Shown piece by piece: positions 40,476-50,370 of a stretch of 64,000 nt of DNA (its first letter is position 1; every line of letters starts with the position of its first letter). The stretch is from NCBI GenBank assembly GCA_963805085.1, contig CAWDTA010000002.1, positions 1,536,001 through 1,600,000 on the forward strand. The letters are read 5' to 3'. The position numbers and the translations under genes were made by a program. The stretch comes from an uncultured Veillonellaceae bacterium. Its GTDB lineage: Bacteria > Bacillota > Negativicutes > JARBTT01. Under the pieces are notes generated by a model that saw nothing but the letters and a program-made list of their open reading frames with translations, ran no database searches and had not been told where the DNA came from.

Positions 40476-42743
40476 TTACTTAACATATTTCTTTAGATAT
40501 TGCCCCGTGATCGAGGAGGTACAGTTTATTAAATCTTCTGTCAATCCCTCAAACATTACGTTACCGCCGTTTTGTCCGGCGAGAGGTCCTAAATCAATAA
40601 CCCAATCTGCTTGACTAATAACATCTAAATTATGTTCTATCACAATTACGGTACTACCTTGTTCAACGAGGCGGTTCAAAATTTTAAGAAGCTGGGAGAT
40701 ATCTGACATATGAAGTCCGGTAGTCGGTTCATCCAACACATAGATGTCTCCATGGCCCTCAAGTTCTGCCGCGAGTTTTACTCTTTGCAGCTCACCGCCA
40801 GATAAAGTGTTTAATGGTTGTCCGAGTGTAATATAAGTGATTCCTACCTCTGCTAGTCCTGTTAAGATTGCTGATATTTCTTTTTCATAGAAAAATTCTA
40901 AGGCTTCGGCGACTGTCATTTTTAAAATTTCACTTATGTTTCTGTCACGCAATTTATAACTCAATACTTCATCGATAAAACGGTTGCCTTGACAAACCTC
41001 GCACACAGTTACCAGCGTATCCATAAATGCCAAGTCTGTATAAGTTACTCCCAAACCCTTGCAGTTTGGGCAGGCTCCTTGTGAATTGAAGCTGAACAAA
41101 GCTGGTTTTACATGATTTGCTTTTGAAAACAGCTCCCTTATTATATCAAATATTCCAGTAAAAGTTGCGATATTAGAGCGTTTTGAGGTATGAGCTGGCT
41201 TCTGATCAATGAAAATTGTATTTGGATAAAATTTAGGTAACACCTGATTGATTAACGTGCTTTTTCCTGAGCCTGCGACCCCAGTTACGACCGTCATAGC
41301 TCTTTTGGGAATATTTACATTAATATTTTTAAGGTTATGCAAATGCGCGTTTTTGACAGATAACCATTCAGCATGGGGACTAATATTCTTTTTTAATTGT
41401 GTTTGGTTGCATAAATACTTTCCAGTAAGAGTATCTGATGATGCCAAACCATTTAGAGTACCTTGATACATTATTTTGCCACCATTTGTACCAGCTTTCG
41501 GTCCGATATCAATGATATAGTCGGCAATTTTAATAACATCCGGATCATGCTCAACGATTAGTATGGTGTTACCTTTATCACATAAAAGCTTTAATAACGT
41601 ATTAATTTTATTTACATCATGAGGATGTAATCCAATACTCGGTTCATCAAAAATATAAGTAATATCTGTTAAGCTGCTTCCTAATTGTCGAACCATTTTT
41701 ATTCGTTGTGATTCGCCACCAGAAAGGGTTGAGGTTTCGCGGTTTAAACTCAAATAACCTAAACCAATTGAGACTAAATGCTCTAGCCGATTGTTTAGAG
41801 CCGTGACCATGGTTGCTGCCTTGGGGTCGTTAATGGTACGGAAAAAATCTAACAAATCAATAATTTGGATTTCAACGCAATCTGAGATACTTTTATTGTT
41901 TATTTTGCACTGCAAAACGGTTTGATTTAATCGAGTACCTTGGCAAAGAGGACATGTTTCTTTACTAACAATCCTAGCTATTTCTTTTTTATATTTGGTC
42001 GATTCTCCCTCTGATTTTTTCAGGAAACTTCTTTCAATTCTCGGGATAAGACCTTCATAGAGTGAAGTCTTCGGCCATTGTGGATTAGAGGTAGTTACTT
42101 TAATGTCTGACTTGTACAATAGCAAATCCAGTTCTTGCTCCGTAAAGTTTTTTATTTTCTTGTCATTATTGAAAAATCCCGAATGAATATATCTTTTTAA
42201 TCTCCATCCTCCCGGCTCAAAGGTTGGGAATAAAATTGCTCCATCATTGAGAGATTTATTTCTATCCAGTAGACGTTCCATACTTATAGTATCAATTTTT
42301 CCTAGACCATCACATCTTGGGCACATTCCAGAAGGATTGTTAAATGAAAAAACATCAGAGTAACCAATGAATGGTTCTCCTATGCGAGAGAATAATAGTC
42401 TTAGTAATGAGTATATATCTGTAATTGTTCCAACAGTCGACCTTGCATTTCCGCCAATACGTTTTTGATCGATAATAATTGCAACAGATAAATTTCTAAC
42501 AGCATCCATATTTGGCTGCCCATAGTGTGGCAAGCGATGACGAATAAAGCTTGAATACGTTTCATTTAGTTGCCTTTGTGATTCGGCAGCTATTGTATCA
42601 AATACTAAAGATGATTTCCCTGAACCTGAAACGCCGGTAAAGACAGTTATTTTTTTCTTTGGGATTTTTACATCGATACTTTTTAGATTTTTTTCTCTAG
42701 CGCCAATTACGTGTATGTATTCTTTATCATTGTTCTTATCCAT
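40476..42743 (-). CDS. UvrA-like (class II, DrrC/Ecm16-type) ABC ATPase
   Basis: Two ABC domains (GVSGSGKS, GVAGSGKS, LSGGE) with Zn fingers; about 755 aa, shorter than NER UvrA. Confidence 0.88.
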   Translation of the reverse strand: MDKNNDKEYIHVIGAREKNLKSIDVKIPKKKITVFTGVSGSGKSSLVFDTIAAESQRQLNETYSSFIRHRLPHYGQPNMDAVRNLSVAIIIDQKRIGGNARSTVGTITDIYSLLRLLFSRIGEPFIGYSDVFSFNNPSGMCPRCDGLGKIDTISMERLLDRNKSLNDGAILFPTFEPGGWRLKRYIHSGFFNNDKKIKNFTEQELDLLLYKSDIKVTTSNPQWPKTSLYEGLIPRIERSFLKKSEGESTKYKKEIARIVSKETCPLCQGTRLNQTVLQCKINNKSISDCVEIQIIDLLDFFRTINDPKAATMVTALNNRLEHLVSIGLGYLSLNRETSTLSGGESQRIKMVRQLGSSLTDITYIFDEPSIGLHPHDVNKINTLLKLLCDKGNTILIVEHDPDVIKIADYIIDIGPKAGTNGGKIMYQGTLNGLASSDTLTGKYLCNQTQLKKNISPHAEWLSVKNAHLHNLKNINVNIPKRAMTVVTGVAGSGKSTLINQVLPKFYPNTIFIDQKPAHTSKRSNIATFTGIFDIIRELFSKANHVKPALFSFNSQGACPNCKGLGVTYTDLAFMDTLVTVCEVCQGNRFIDEVLSYKLRDRNISEILKMTVAEALEFFYEKEISAILTGLAEVGITYITLGQPLNTLSGGELQRVKLAAELEGHGDIYVLDEPTTGLHMSDISQLLKILNRLVEQGSTVIVIEHNLDVISQADWVIDLGPLAGQNGGNVMFEGLTEDLINCTSSITGQYLKKYVK

Positions 42744-42939
42744 AAATTTACCTTCCAAAAAGCTATTATTTAAAACAAATTACATTACTGTATAAATATA
42801 TAACCTGGTTATGTATATTGTAGTACTTTTCTTTTTTGATTACAATAGCAATTTACAAGCCAGATCAATAGAGAGGCTAGGTTATGGTGCTATTTTTCTC
42901 AATTGAAATTTATGGCGTTTTGGCAGAGGCTTTTTGATT

Positions 42940-43092
42940 TGTAAAATTAAATTTGTTTAGGAATGAAATTAGGATTTTGTAATGCTGATTTTTAGTACTA
43001 GTTCGAGTAACGGAGGAATATCCCTGCCTGATTAAGAAAGTGTATAGGTTCTTCAAGTAGCCAAAGATACTCCAATTAGTGAGCCAATGTAT
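42940..43092. repeat. Mosaic remnant of the flanks and interior of the VOC gene at 45220
   Basis: 42941-42990 resembles 45905-45960; 42991-43050 resembles 45151-45212; CCAAAGATACTCCAATTAGTGA at about 43061 also occurs at about 45589. Confidence 0.75.
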
Positions 43093-43263
43093 TAGTTTGA
43101 CAGCTAGGAATTTTTCAATATAATGCAAGATAAGGAGCAAATAGTCCAGTGACTGTTTTGCCCCTTAAAATTTATTTGCTCTTTTTATGCCAATTGGAGT
43201 TTACATAGAATCAGGGGTACACGCAAAAAACAAGACAAAACCATCGCCCCTTTGTCTGTTTAT

Positions 43264-44967
43264 TTATTTCACCTCGATATAATCAAGCTCGGCATACCCA
43301 GTACCTCCCGTGAAGTAAGGACTTCCTTTAGCCAATCTTATTATATTAATACCTGCCTTAAGGTCTAAATTGGTATTTACACTAGAAAAATTTGCCCAAC
43401 CACCTGTTGCTGGATATGAAATGGTTGACCATCCTCCTCCATTATACGCCAAACCTTGTGTTGAAGTTGACCCATTCCCATTAGCATATCTTATTGTCAT
43501 TGTATATGTTTTGGTAGTAGGTACATTTACCGTAAAATCTATATAGCTGTATACAGGGGTAGTAGAATCGTTATAATCAATTTGACCAACATATTTTCCG
43601 TTTGAGGCATTTGCACTAGAGAATATATTCGCATTACTTATAGAAGCATTCTCCGCTTCATATAATGTTTGTGTTTTGCTTATACCAGGTGTTACATAAA
43701 CACGGTAGCCACTAGTGCTGTTGGTATCTTTTATTGGTACTGTGATAGTACCGTTAGATACAGTATAATTAGCTGCAGAAACTGTGGTTGGACCACTTAC
43801 AGCAGTATCTTTACTTGTCCAATCTACTTTCTCTACCTTAACGGTTGCTGTTGAGCCGATGAAAGATGGAATATTTTTAAGTGTCACATTGATCGTTCCG
43901 TCATTTACTCCGCCTAAAAGTGTGCTTATATATTTAGCACTTGAATCAACACAAGCAAAACCGTCTACTTTGGTACTATCATCATTTGGAGGTGTTACAT
44001 TAACCATATTACCGGTCATGTCACCATACCATTTATAGAACCACCATCCAGCTCCCTTTTGTGTATTTGATGCCATAAGGCTTCCTAACCTGCCTGGAGC
44101 AGCTGTCCACCACCATGAAATACAAGCTGAATCTACTAAATTACGTTCGAATTTTGCTATATAACGTGCGGATGATCCTGGTTGTCCTTCGGCATAATGA
44201 TCAGTATCGCAATACTCATTTATTGAAATTTTCTTTGCTGGTATTCCAAGTGTATTTTCTAACGCTTTTAAGTCTTCAATATTATTAGAAACACCTTCAA
44301 TTCCTCCAAGTTCATGCCAGCAAATTACATCTGGAAGACAATTGTTGTTTTTACAGAAAGTAAGGAAGTCCTTCATCTTGTCATGGCTATAATAGCATTC
44401 AGAAGGTCCTATAATCGGAGTAGCTGGATCTAATGAACGGATCAAATTGTAGGTTTCAAGCCACATTTGATTAAAAGTTACGGAAGTGTTTGTCCAAGTA
44501 CAATATGGCTCGTTCCATATCTCATAACCGTAGAAATTCGAATACCCTGATGCTTTTTTGCTTTTGATTACTGTAGTAACTTTACTAAGCCAATCAGTCA
44601 TATTTGTAAATGAATAGGGCCAGTTTGGAAATACATCCGCCAATCTAATCATAACTTTTCCAGTTGTGCCAGTGAGTTGTTTTGCAACTGGTACAGCGCT
44701 CCCAATCGGTTGTTGATATCCTGATCCAGCTAGAGCTGGATTGGTAAAAACATTCGGTTTAAGAGGTGTAACCAGATTGGTAATATCAGCTGGTAGAGTC
44801 TCAGTAACTCCATACAGTGAACCACTTGCGCAATGGGTTACTTCCCTTAATGTACTTTTACAATCTACAGTCAGAGAAGTAGAGGCAAAAACAGGCTTGC
44901 TAGGAATTACACATGCAGTTAAAATCACCACGAAACTGAATACTAAGGCAAGAAATTTCTTTTTCAT
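43264..44967 (-). CDS. Secreted GH39-like (clan GH-A) glycosidase with C-terminal CBM35/CBM6
   Basis: Signal peptide, WNEP acid/base, WHEL, INEY nucleophile, YEAENA CBM start. Confidence 0.75.
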   Translation of the reverse strand: MKKKFLALVFSFVVILTACVIPSKPVFASTSLTVDCKSTLREVTHCASGSLYGVTETLPADITNLVTPLKPNVFTNPALAGSGYQQPIGSAVPVAKQLTGTTGKVMIRLADVFPNWPYSFTNMTDWLSKVTTVIKSKKASGYSNFYGYEIWNEPYCTWTNTSVTFNQMWLETYNLIRSLDPATPIIGPSECYYSHDKMKDFLTFCKNNNCLPDVICWHELGGIEGVSNNIEDLKALENTLGIPAKKISINEYCDTDHYAEGQPGSSARYIAKFERNLVDSACISWWWTAAPGRLGSLMASNTQKGAGWWFYKWYGDMTGNMVNVTPPNDDSTKVDGFACVDSSAKYISTLLGGVNDGTINVTLKNIPSFIGSTATVKVEKVDWTSKDTAVSGPTTVSAANYTVSNGTITVPIKDTNSTSGYRVYVTPGISKTQTLYEAENASISNANIFSSANASNGKYVGQIDYNDSTTPVYSYIDFTVNVPTTKTYTMTIRYANGNGSTSTQGLAYNGGGWSTISYPATGGWANFSSVNTNLDLKAGINIIRLAKGSPYFTGGTGYAELDYIEVK

Positions 44968-45219
44968 AATCAATATCCCCTTTTATTATTGATAACCAAA
45001 CAAAAACATCGCGAACCACATCTTTTTATTGGTCTCACTAAATACATTCCGTGGTAATAAAAAAAATCAACTATTTAATAAAAACAAATCACCCTAATGC
45101 AGACGAGTACTATTTTAACCATGATAATCTCCTTTGTGATGTTTATTTATTTTAGTACTAGTTTGTGTTGAGAAAATATATTCCTGCCTAATTAAGAAAG
45201 GGTACAGGTTCATTGTTTT

Positions 45220-45894
45220 ATGGTAAGTAAAATGGAGCTTGACCAAGTATATATATGTACAAATAAAAAAGCAATCGCATGTGATTTGCTTTTAAAGTTT
45301 GGATTGACGGAAGGCTCTGCTAACACGCATCCAGGGCAAGGAACGGAAAATAGAAGATTTTTTTTCCATAATATGATGTTAGAACTTTTATGGGTTGAAA
45401 ATATGGAAGAAGTAACAAGTAACAGAACAAAACCCATGAAATTATATGAAAAATGTATGTTAAGGGGAAAAGGTATTTCTCCTTTCGGCTTGGGATTTCG
45501 TCGGACAAATGAAATAGATGATAATGCTCCGTTTCACGCTTGGAACTACCAACCGATTTATTTGCCTGGTACATTAAGAATCCAAGTTGCCAAAGATACT
45601 CCAATTAGTGAACCGATGTATTTCTATCTTTTTTTCTCTGTAAGGCAGGATCAATATACTGAAGAAAAGAAGGAACCTATAGAGCATAAGGTGCCACTGA
45701 GAGAAGTTACCTCAGTGAAAGTTTATATAAATCAGCAAAATATTTTATCAGAATCAGCAAAACTCATCGAACAGCAATCAGATGTAACCTTTGAACTTTC
45801 TAATCAAAATTTATTAGAATTAGAATTTGATCATGGGGCGCAAAAACAAAAACATGACTTCCAACCTGAATTGCCGCTAATATTTAAGCGGTAA
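45220..45894 (+). CDS. VOC/glyoxalase-like protein
   Basis: ELDQ...., FGL.EG...HPGQGT.NRRFFF.N.MLELL. Confidence 0.75.
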   Translation: MVSKMELDQVYICTNKKAIACDLLLKFGLTEGSANTHPGQGTENRRFFFHNMMLELLWVENMEEVTSNRTKPMKLYEKCMLRGKGISPFGLGFRRTNEIDDNAPFHAWNYQPIYLPGTLRIQVAKDTPISEPMYFYLFFSVRQDQYTEEKKEPIEHKVPLREVTSVKVYINQQNILSESAKLIEQQSDVTFELSNQNLLELEFDHGAQKQKHDFQPELPLIFKR

Positions 45895-46085
45895 AGCGTG
45901 TGCCTTATAAAATTAAATTTGTTCAGGAATGAAATCAGTATTGTTGTAATACTGATATTTTTTTTGTACATACTAATGCAGATGTGATGCGTAATGAAAT
46001 ACAGTTTAGAATTGTTTTGTTTTAGTAGCCCTAAAGATATATTTGATATAATTTCCGATTTGTATTATAATAATGACAGTAGATA

Positions 46086-46102
46086 TTAGTACCTGGTGCT
46101 AA
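46086..46102. promoter_or_regulatory. FapR-like operator
   Basis: TTAGTACCTGGTGCTAA, a 17-bp imperfect palindrome upstream of fabH. Confidence 0.65.
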
Positions 46103-46129
46103 AGATATAAATATTGGTGGGAGGTAACT

Positions 46130-47110
46130 ATGAATAACGAGTCAAAATCAAAAATTGTGGGACTGGGTACATACTTGCCGAAGCGAAGATTAACGAATCA
46201 TGATCTTGAAAAGATGGTGGATACAAATGATGAATGGATCGTTCGCCGTACAGGGGTAAGGGAGAGACGCTTATCAGAAAAAGATGAATTTTCCAGTGAT
46301 TTAGCAATTAAAGCGGTTGAGAATTTAATAGAAAAAAATAATGTGCAGGTGAATGATGTAGATATGGTAATCGTCACAACGTTTACCCCTGATCATTTCA
46401 CGCCAACGGTTGCCGGGTTAGTTCAAGGACATTTTGGCATGGAAAATGCCGGAACAATGGATCTAAACGCCGCCTGCACAGGCTTTGTATATGGTCTATG
46501 TGTAGCAGATTCTTTAATAACAGCCAGACATAGCAATAAGGTATTGGTCATCGCCTCGGAGGTAGTATCCAAAGTGGTGGATTATTCTGATAGAAATACC
46601 TGCGTTCTTTTTGGTGATGCGGCAGTCGCTATGTTGCTTGAAAGAACAAATGAGCAGGGAAGCTTTATTGCGTCATATTTTACTTCAGATGGAAAGCTCG
46701 CACAAAATGTTGCTTGTAGTAATTTATCAGAAAAAATAAATGGTCACGAGCTGAATAAAAAGCGTTTATTTCAGCAGGAAGGCAAGCTTTTATATGAATA
46801 TGTGGTGAAGAATATTCCTGAAGGCGTTAACAATTTATTAAAACGAAGTGATCTGACTTTTGATGATATTCAATGGTTTGTTCCGCATAGTGCCAATCTG
46901 CGGATGATCAAAGCGCTTTGCGCAAGACTTGATTTTCCGTTAGAGAAAACTCTAATTAGTAATGAGTTTTACGGTAATACATCTTCTGCATCAATTCCTC
47001 TTGCTATTTGGATTGCGCTAGAAGAAGGAAAAATAAAAACAGGCGATAAAATGTTATTGTACGGATTTGGTGCTGGCTTAACACACGGCGGAGTTGTGAT
47101 TGAGTGGTAA
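46130..47110 (+). CDS. fabH: 3-oxoacyl-ACP synthase III
   Basis: AACTGF, LFGD.A, HSAN.R, GNTSSASIP. Confidence 0.93.
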   Translation: MNNESKSKIVGLGTYLPKRRLTNHDLEKMVDTNDEWIVRRTGVRERRLSEKDEFSSDLAIKAVENLIEKNNVQVNDVDMVIVTTFTPDHFTPTVAGLVQGHFGMENAGTMDLNAACTGFVYGLCVADSLITARHSNKVLVIASEVVSKVVDYSDRNTCVLFGDAAVAMLLERTNEQGSFIASYFTSDGKLAQNVACSNLSEKINGHELNKKRLFQQEGKLLYEYVVKNIPEGVNNLLKRSDLTFDDIQWFVPHSANLRMIKALCARLDFPLEKTLISNEFYGNTSSASIPLAIWIALEEGKIKTGDKMLLYGFGAGLTHGGVVIEW

Positions 47111-47361
47111 GGATTTTTATGAGGTTGTAGAATTAAAGACAAATACAATAGATATAGTAGATAAAAAAACTCTTGCTGAATGTTATATGAATTTAGCAGG
47201 AGTTCTTTTGCTTTTAAAATACAAGATGATTAATGATTGACAGCTAAAGAATAAGTGTGATTAAATATTTAATAATATTTATTTTCCTTGTAAAATGAAA
47301 AACTGATCATTCTAGTGATTAAAAAATATATCATACTAGTTTTAACCAAAGGAGTATAATA

Positions 47362-48303
47362 ATGAAAAAACAGAGTCTTACTAAAACCTATATCATTCTA
47401 TTACTAGTACCTTTATTTTGGGGTGGTGCATTTGGCACGACGAAGCATATTTTATCAGAACTCGGACCGTTGACGACATCAGCTCTCAGATTTATTATTG
47501 CAGGGTTGCTTATGCTTGCGTGGAGTGCTTGGCGAGGGGAACTTGTTTGGGCGAGCATTAAAAGGAATTTTTTCGCTTTGCTGGCTTTAGGTGCAACAGG
47601 CGTTTTTGCGTATAATTATTTTTTTGCTACAGGCTTGCAATATACTTCGGCGATAACAGCAGCTTTGATTATAGTCATTAATCCAGTATTCACGACTTGC
47701 TTTGCCAGTTTTTTTATGGGAGAAGCGTGGAATTGGCGTACGATCGTTGGAGTTGTTATATCCTTACTAGGTGTCTCTTTAGTTATTAGCAAAGGTGATT
47801 TGAGTATCTTGATTCATATGTCGATTGGGATTGGTGAATTATATTTATTTGGTTCAGTTGCAAGTTGGGTTGCGTATACCTTGATAGTAAAAAAAGTTAC
47901 ACGTACCATGAAAAACGGTGTAATGACTTCTGTGTCAACAATGATGGGGGCAATGATGCTACTCATTATCTCCATTGTAAAAGAAGAGCAGTGGAGTAAC
48001 GTCATGCATGTATCGAATCAAACCATGCTAGAGATAGTATATCTAGCAGTATGCAGTACCGTGTTTGCATTTCTACTCTTTAATTGGGGTGTAGAGCGTA
48101 TTGGTGCAACGAAAGCATCGGCCTATATTAACCTCACACCGATAAATGCAGCGTGGATTGCTGCGCTTCTATATGGAGAAAAAATTGCAGCTTATCATTT
48201 GATCGGTATGGCTATAACCATCGCAGGTGTACTTATTACTACGCGAAATAAAGTCCAGCCAGTAGCAATTGACGCGAGTAATATTGCTACTTCTAAAGTG
48301 TAG
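47362..48303 (+). CDS. DMT/EamA family transporter
   Basis: About 10 TM segments, WG, RF, P.FT two-repeat pattern. Confidence 0.9.
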   Translation: MKKQSLTKTYIILLLVPLFWGGAFGTTKHILSELGPLTTSALRFIIAGLLMLAWSAWRGELVWASIKRNFFALLALGATGVFAYNYFFATGLQYTSAITAALIIVINPVFTTCFASFFMGEAWNWRTIVGVVISLLGVSLVISKGDLSILIHMSIGIGELYLFGSVASWVAYTLIVKKVTRTMKNGVMTSVSTMMGAMMLLIISIVKEEQWSNVMHVSNQTMLEIVYLAVCSTVFAFLLFNWGVERIGATKASAYINLTPINAAWIAALLYGEKIAAYHLIGMAITIAGVLITTRNKVQPVAIDASNIATSKV

Positions 48304-48474
48304 TAGTAAAATAAAAAAGCCTATTAAACTCAAGAAATATTAGTAAATCAAATATAAATTGTATATAAAGAAACTCCTGCCGAATGTTAAATGTATTTGG
48401 CAGGAGTTTCTTGCTCTTATAAGAATATGTTATTATAAACGTGTCATAGTTATGATTTTAAGGGAGGGCTTATT

Positions 48475-48852
48475 GTGATAATTTCAGAGAGTGTGTGTGA
48501 AAATTATAAAACCGGGATCACTAACGGATCGGCGGTCATATGTTCAGATGTAACGGATGACAAGGGCGGTAGTGGAGAATGCTTTAGACCACATGATTTA
48601 TTATGTGCTGGTCTTGCTTCATGCTTGAATATTACAGCGAGAATGGTGCTGGATAAAATGAATGTTTCTTATGAAAAGGTAATTGTAAAAGTAGATTTAG
48701 ATAGAACCGATGAGGCCAGAACAGGATTTCTTTATGATGTCGATATTATTGGCGATGTTCCTGAAGAGGTGAAACAAAAGGTCATAAAATTGGTAAGTAA
48801 ATGTCCAGTACATAAGACCTTAGCTAAAGAGATTTATTTTGCGAAACTGTAG
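48475..48852 (+). CDS. OsmC family protein
   Basis: GG.G...RPHDLL.A.LASC...T, KCPVHKTL. Confidence 0.88.
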   Translation: MIISESVCENYKTGITNGSAVICSDVTDDKGGSGECFRPHDLLCAGLASCLNITARMVLDKMNVSYEKVIVKVDLDRTDEARTGFLYDVDIIGDVPEEVKQKVIKLVSKCPVHKTLAKEIYFAKL

Positions 48853-48891
48853 CTAAAGTAAGTTCTTAGATTAGTATTTGTTAAACAGTAA

Positions 48892-49008
48892 AGTGCAGGC
48901 GGTGGGCAAATCGGAGAAGTAGTAAAAGCCGAGTATGCGGATGGTAGAAAAGCAATGTTTGTTTATGCAACAGATATTGAGGGGAATATTCTAGAATTAC
49001 AAAGTTGG
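48892..49008 (+). pseudogene. C-terminal fragment of a VOC/glyoxalase gene
   Basis: SAGGGQIGEVVKAEYADGRKAMFVYATDIEGNILELQSW, preceded by an in-frame stop and with no start codon. Confidence 0.65.
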
Positions 49009-49021
49009 TATTTAGGAGTAA

Positions 49022-49858
49022 TTGATAGGAGTGGGAGATGTCATTTTGAAGAGAACTATCGGTAGCATCATCTTTTTGGTAGTTGTAATATCATGTTACT
49101 TTATCCAAAAAGCTTTTAATGCCGACGAACAAAAGGCTGCAAAAAGTGAATCGTTGACTTCACTTGCACCATCTATATCTGAAACTATTGAACCAGCGGA
49201 TACTTTTGTGGAGAAAAAAGGTGCATTTACATATAACAATCAAAAAATTCAATACCTACTTATTTTCCCTGCAAAATACACACAAACCACAGACAAATGG
49301 CCAATGATTTTGTTTTTACATGGAAGTTCGCTCCGCGGACAAAATTTAGATTTAGTGAAAGAATATGGACCAACCTGGTTTGCAGAGCAACGTAATGATT
49401 TTCCCTTTGTTATTCTTGCACCACAATGTGCTGAAAACGATAATTGGGATAATAAAGCAGATGTTTTGGTTGCGTTAATTGATGATGTTTTAAAAAAATA
49501 TCGTATAAACGAGGACAATGTTTATTTGACTGGAACAAGTATGGGGGGCAGGGGGACATGGACAGTAGCTCGTGAGCACCCCGAATATTTTGCTGCGATA
49601 GCTCCTTTAGCTGCGGCTAGACCAAAAGTTCCAAACACTTGGAATCAACTAATGCTTTCAATGCCAATATGGGCTTTTCATGGTGAAAAAGATACGGTTG
49701 CTCCCTTGAAAGATGATGAAGCAATTATAGATTCACTACGTAATCAGGGAGGTACACCTCGTTTCACAATTTTGCCTAATAAAGGACACAAAATTGCCGG
49801 TGTATATAAAAATCAAGAGCTTTATGATTGGTTTCTTACGAATACTCGTAAACAGTGA
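49022..49858 (+). CDS. Membrane-anchored alpha/beta hydrolase (predicted peptidase/esterase)
   Basis: P.ILFLHG, APQ, G.SMGG, WAFHG.KD; start codon uncertain. Confidence 0.8.
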   Translation: MIGVGDVILKRTIGSIIFLVVVISCYFIQKAFNADEQKAAKSESLTSLAPSISETIEPADTFVEKKGAFTYNNQKIQYLLIFPAKYTQTTDKWPMILFLHGSSLRGQNLDLVKEYGPTWFAEQRNDFPFVILAPQCAENDNWDNKADVLVALIDDVLKKYRINEDNVYLTGTSMGGRGTWTVAREHPEYFAAIAPLAAARPKVPNTWNQLMLSMPIWAFHGEKDTVAPLKDDEAIIDSLRNQGGTPRFTILPNKGHKIAGVYKNQELYDWFLTNTRKQ

Positions 49859-50121
49859 GATAATTTTTAACCTTGTATCAAAGCACATTGCATAACGGTA
49901 ATTGCTTGACCTGACAAAAGGACGCGGTCATCTTGCAGCGTAACCTTGACTATTTCCTTTGTAATGAGGGATACCATTTAAATTTGTCACTGATAGATGA
50001 ATAGTTTAGATGTCGAAAAGTGTATACTGTAGACAGGCTAAAATCTTGTTGACACCAATTTACCAGTTTGTTAGTATAAATATAAATGGAGTAATATCCT
50101 ATGATAAAAAATAATAAAAGC

Positions 50122-50296
50122 TGGAATGATGGTTATAGGAGAGATCGCGAAAGCGGCGCCGAAGGAGCAAGAACTTTGTCAAACTCTCAGGCAAAAAGAA
50201 CCGTAACCGGACTACACTCTGGAGAGAATGCTCAGGTAATGGGCGTCACCGATGGGGAGCCTTTTAGGCAAAACTCTCAGGTACAACAGACAGAGA
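50122..50296 (+). ncRNA. Tandem glycine riboswitch
   Basis: Two aptamers, GGAGAG...CCGAAGG...CTCTCAGG and GGAGAG...CACCGA...CTCTCAGG, upstream of gcvT. Confidence 0.92.
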
Positions 50297-50339
50297 CAAA
50301 GGTGGATTCGTCCGCCTTTGTCCCTGTCTTTATTTTTTA
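50293..50339 (+). terminator. Riboswitch expression-platform terminator
   Basis: GACAAAGGTGGA-TTCG-TCCGCCTTTGTC plus a T-rich tail. Confidence 0.8.
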
Positions 50340-50370
50340 CCTAAATATAAGAAGGAAGAGGAGAGTCACT

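Noticed and set aside
46130-47110. fabH as part of the biosynthetic cluster
   Set aside because: It lies outside the DJ-1 repeats and has its own FapR-like operator, suggesting primary lipid metabolism.
50101-50370. 90-aa N-terminal extension of GcvT in the ORF track
   Set aside because: The region is the tandem glycine riboswitch; the real start is 50371.
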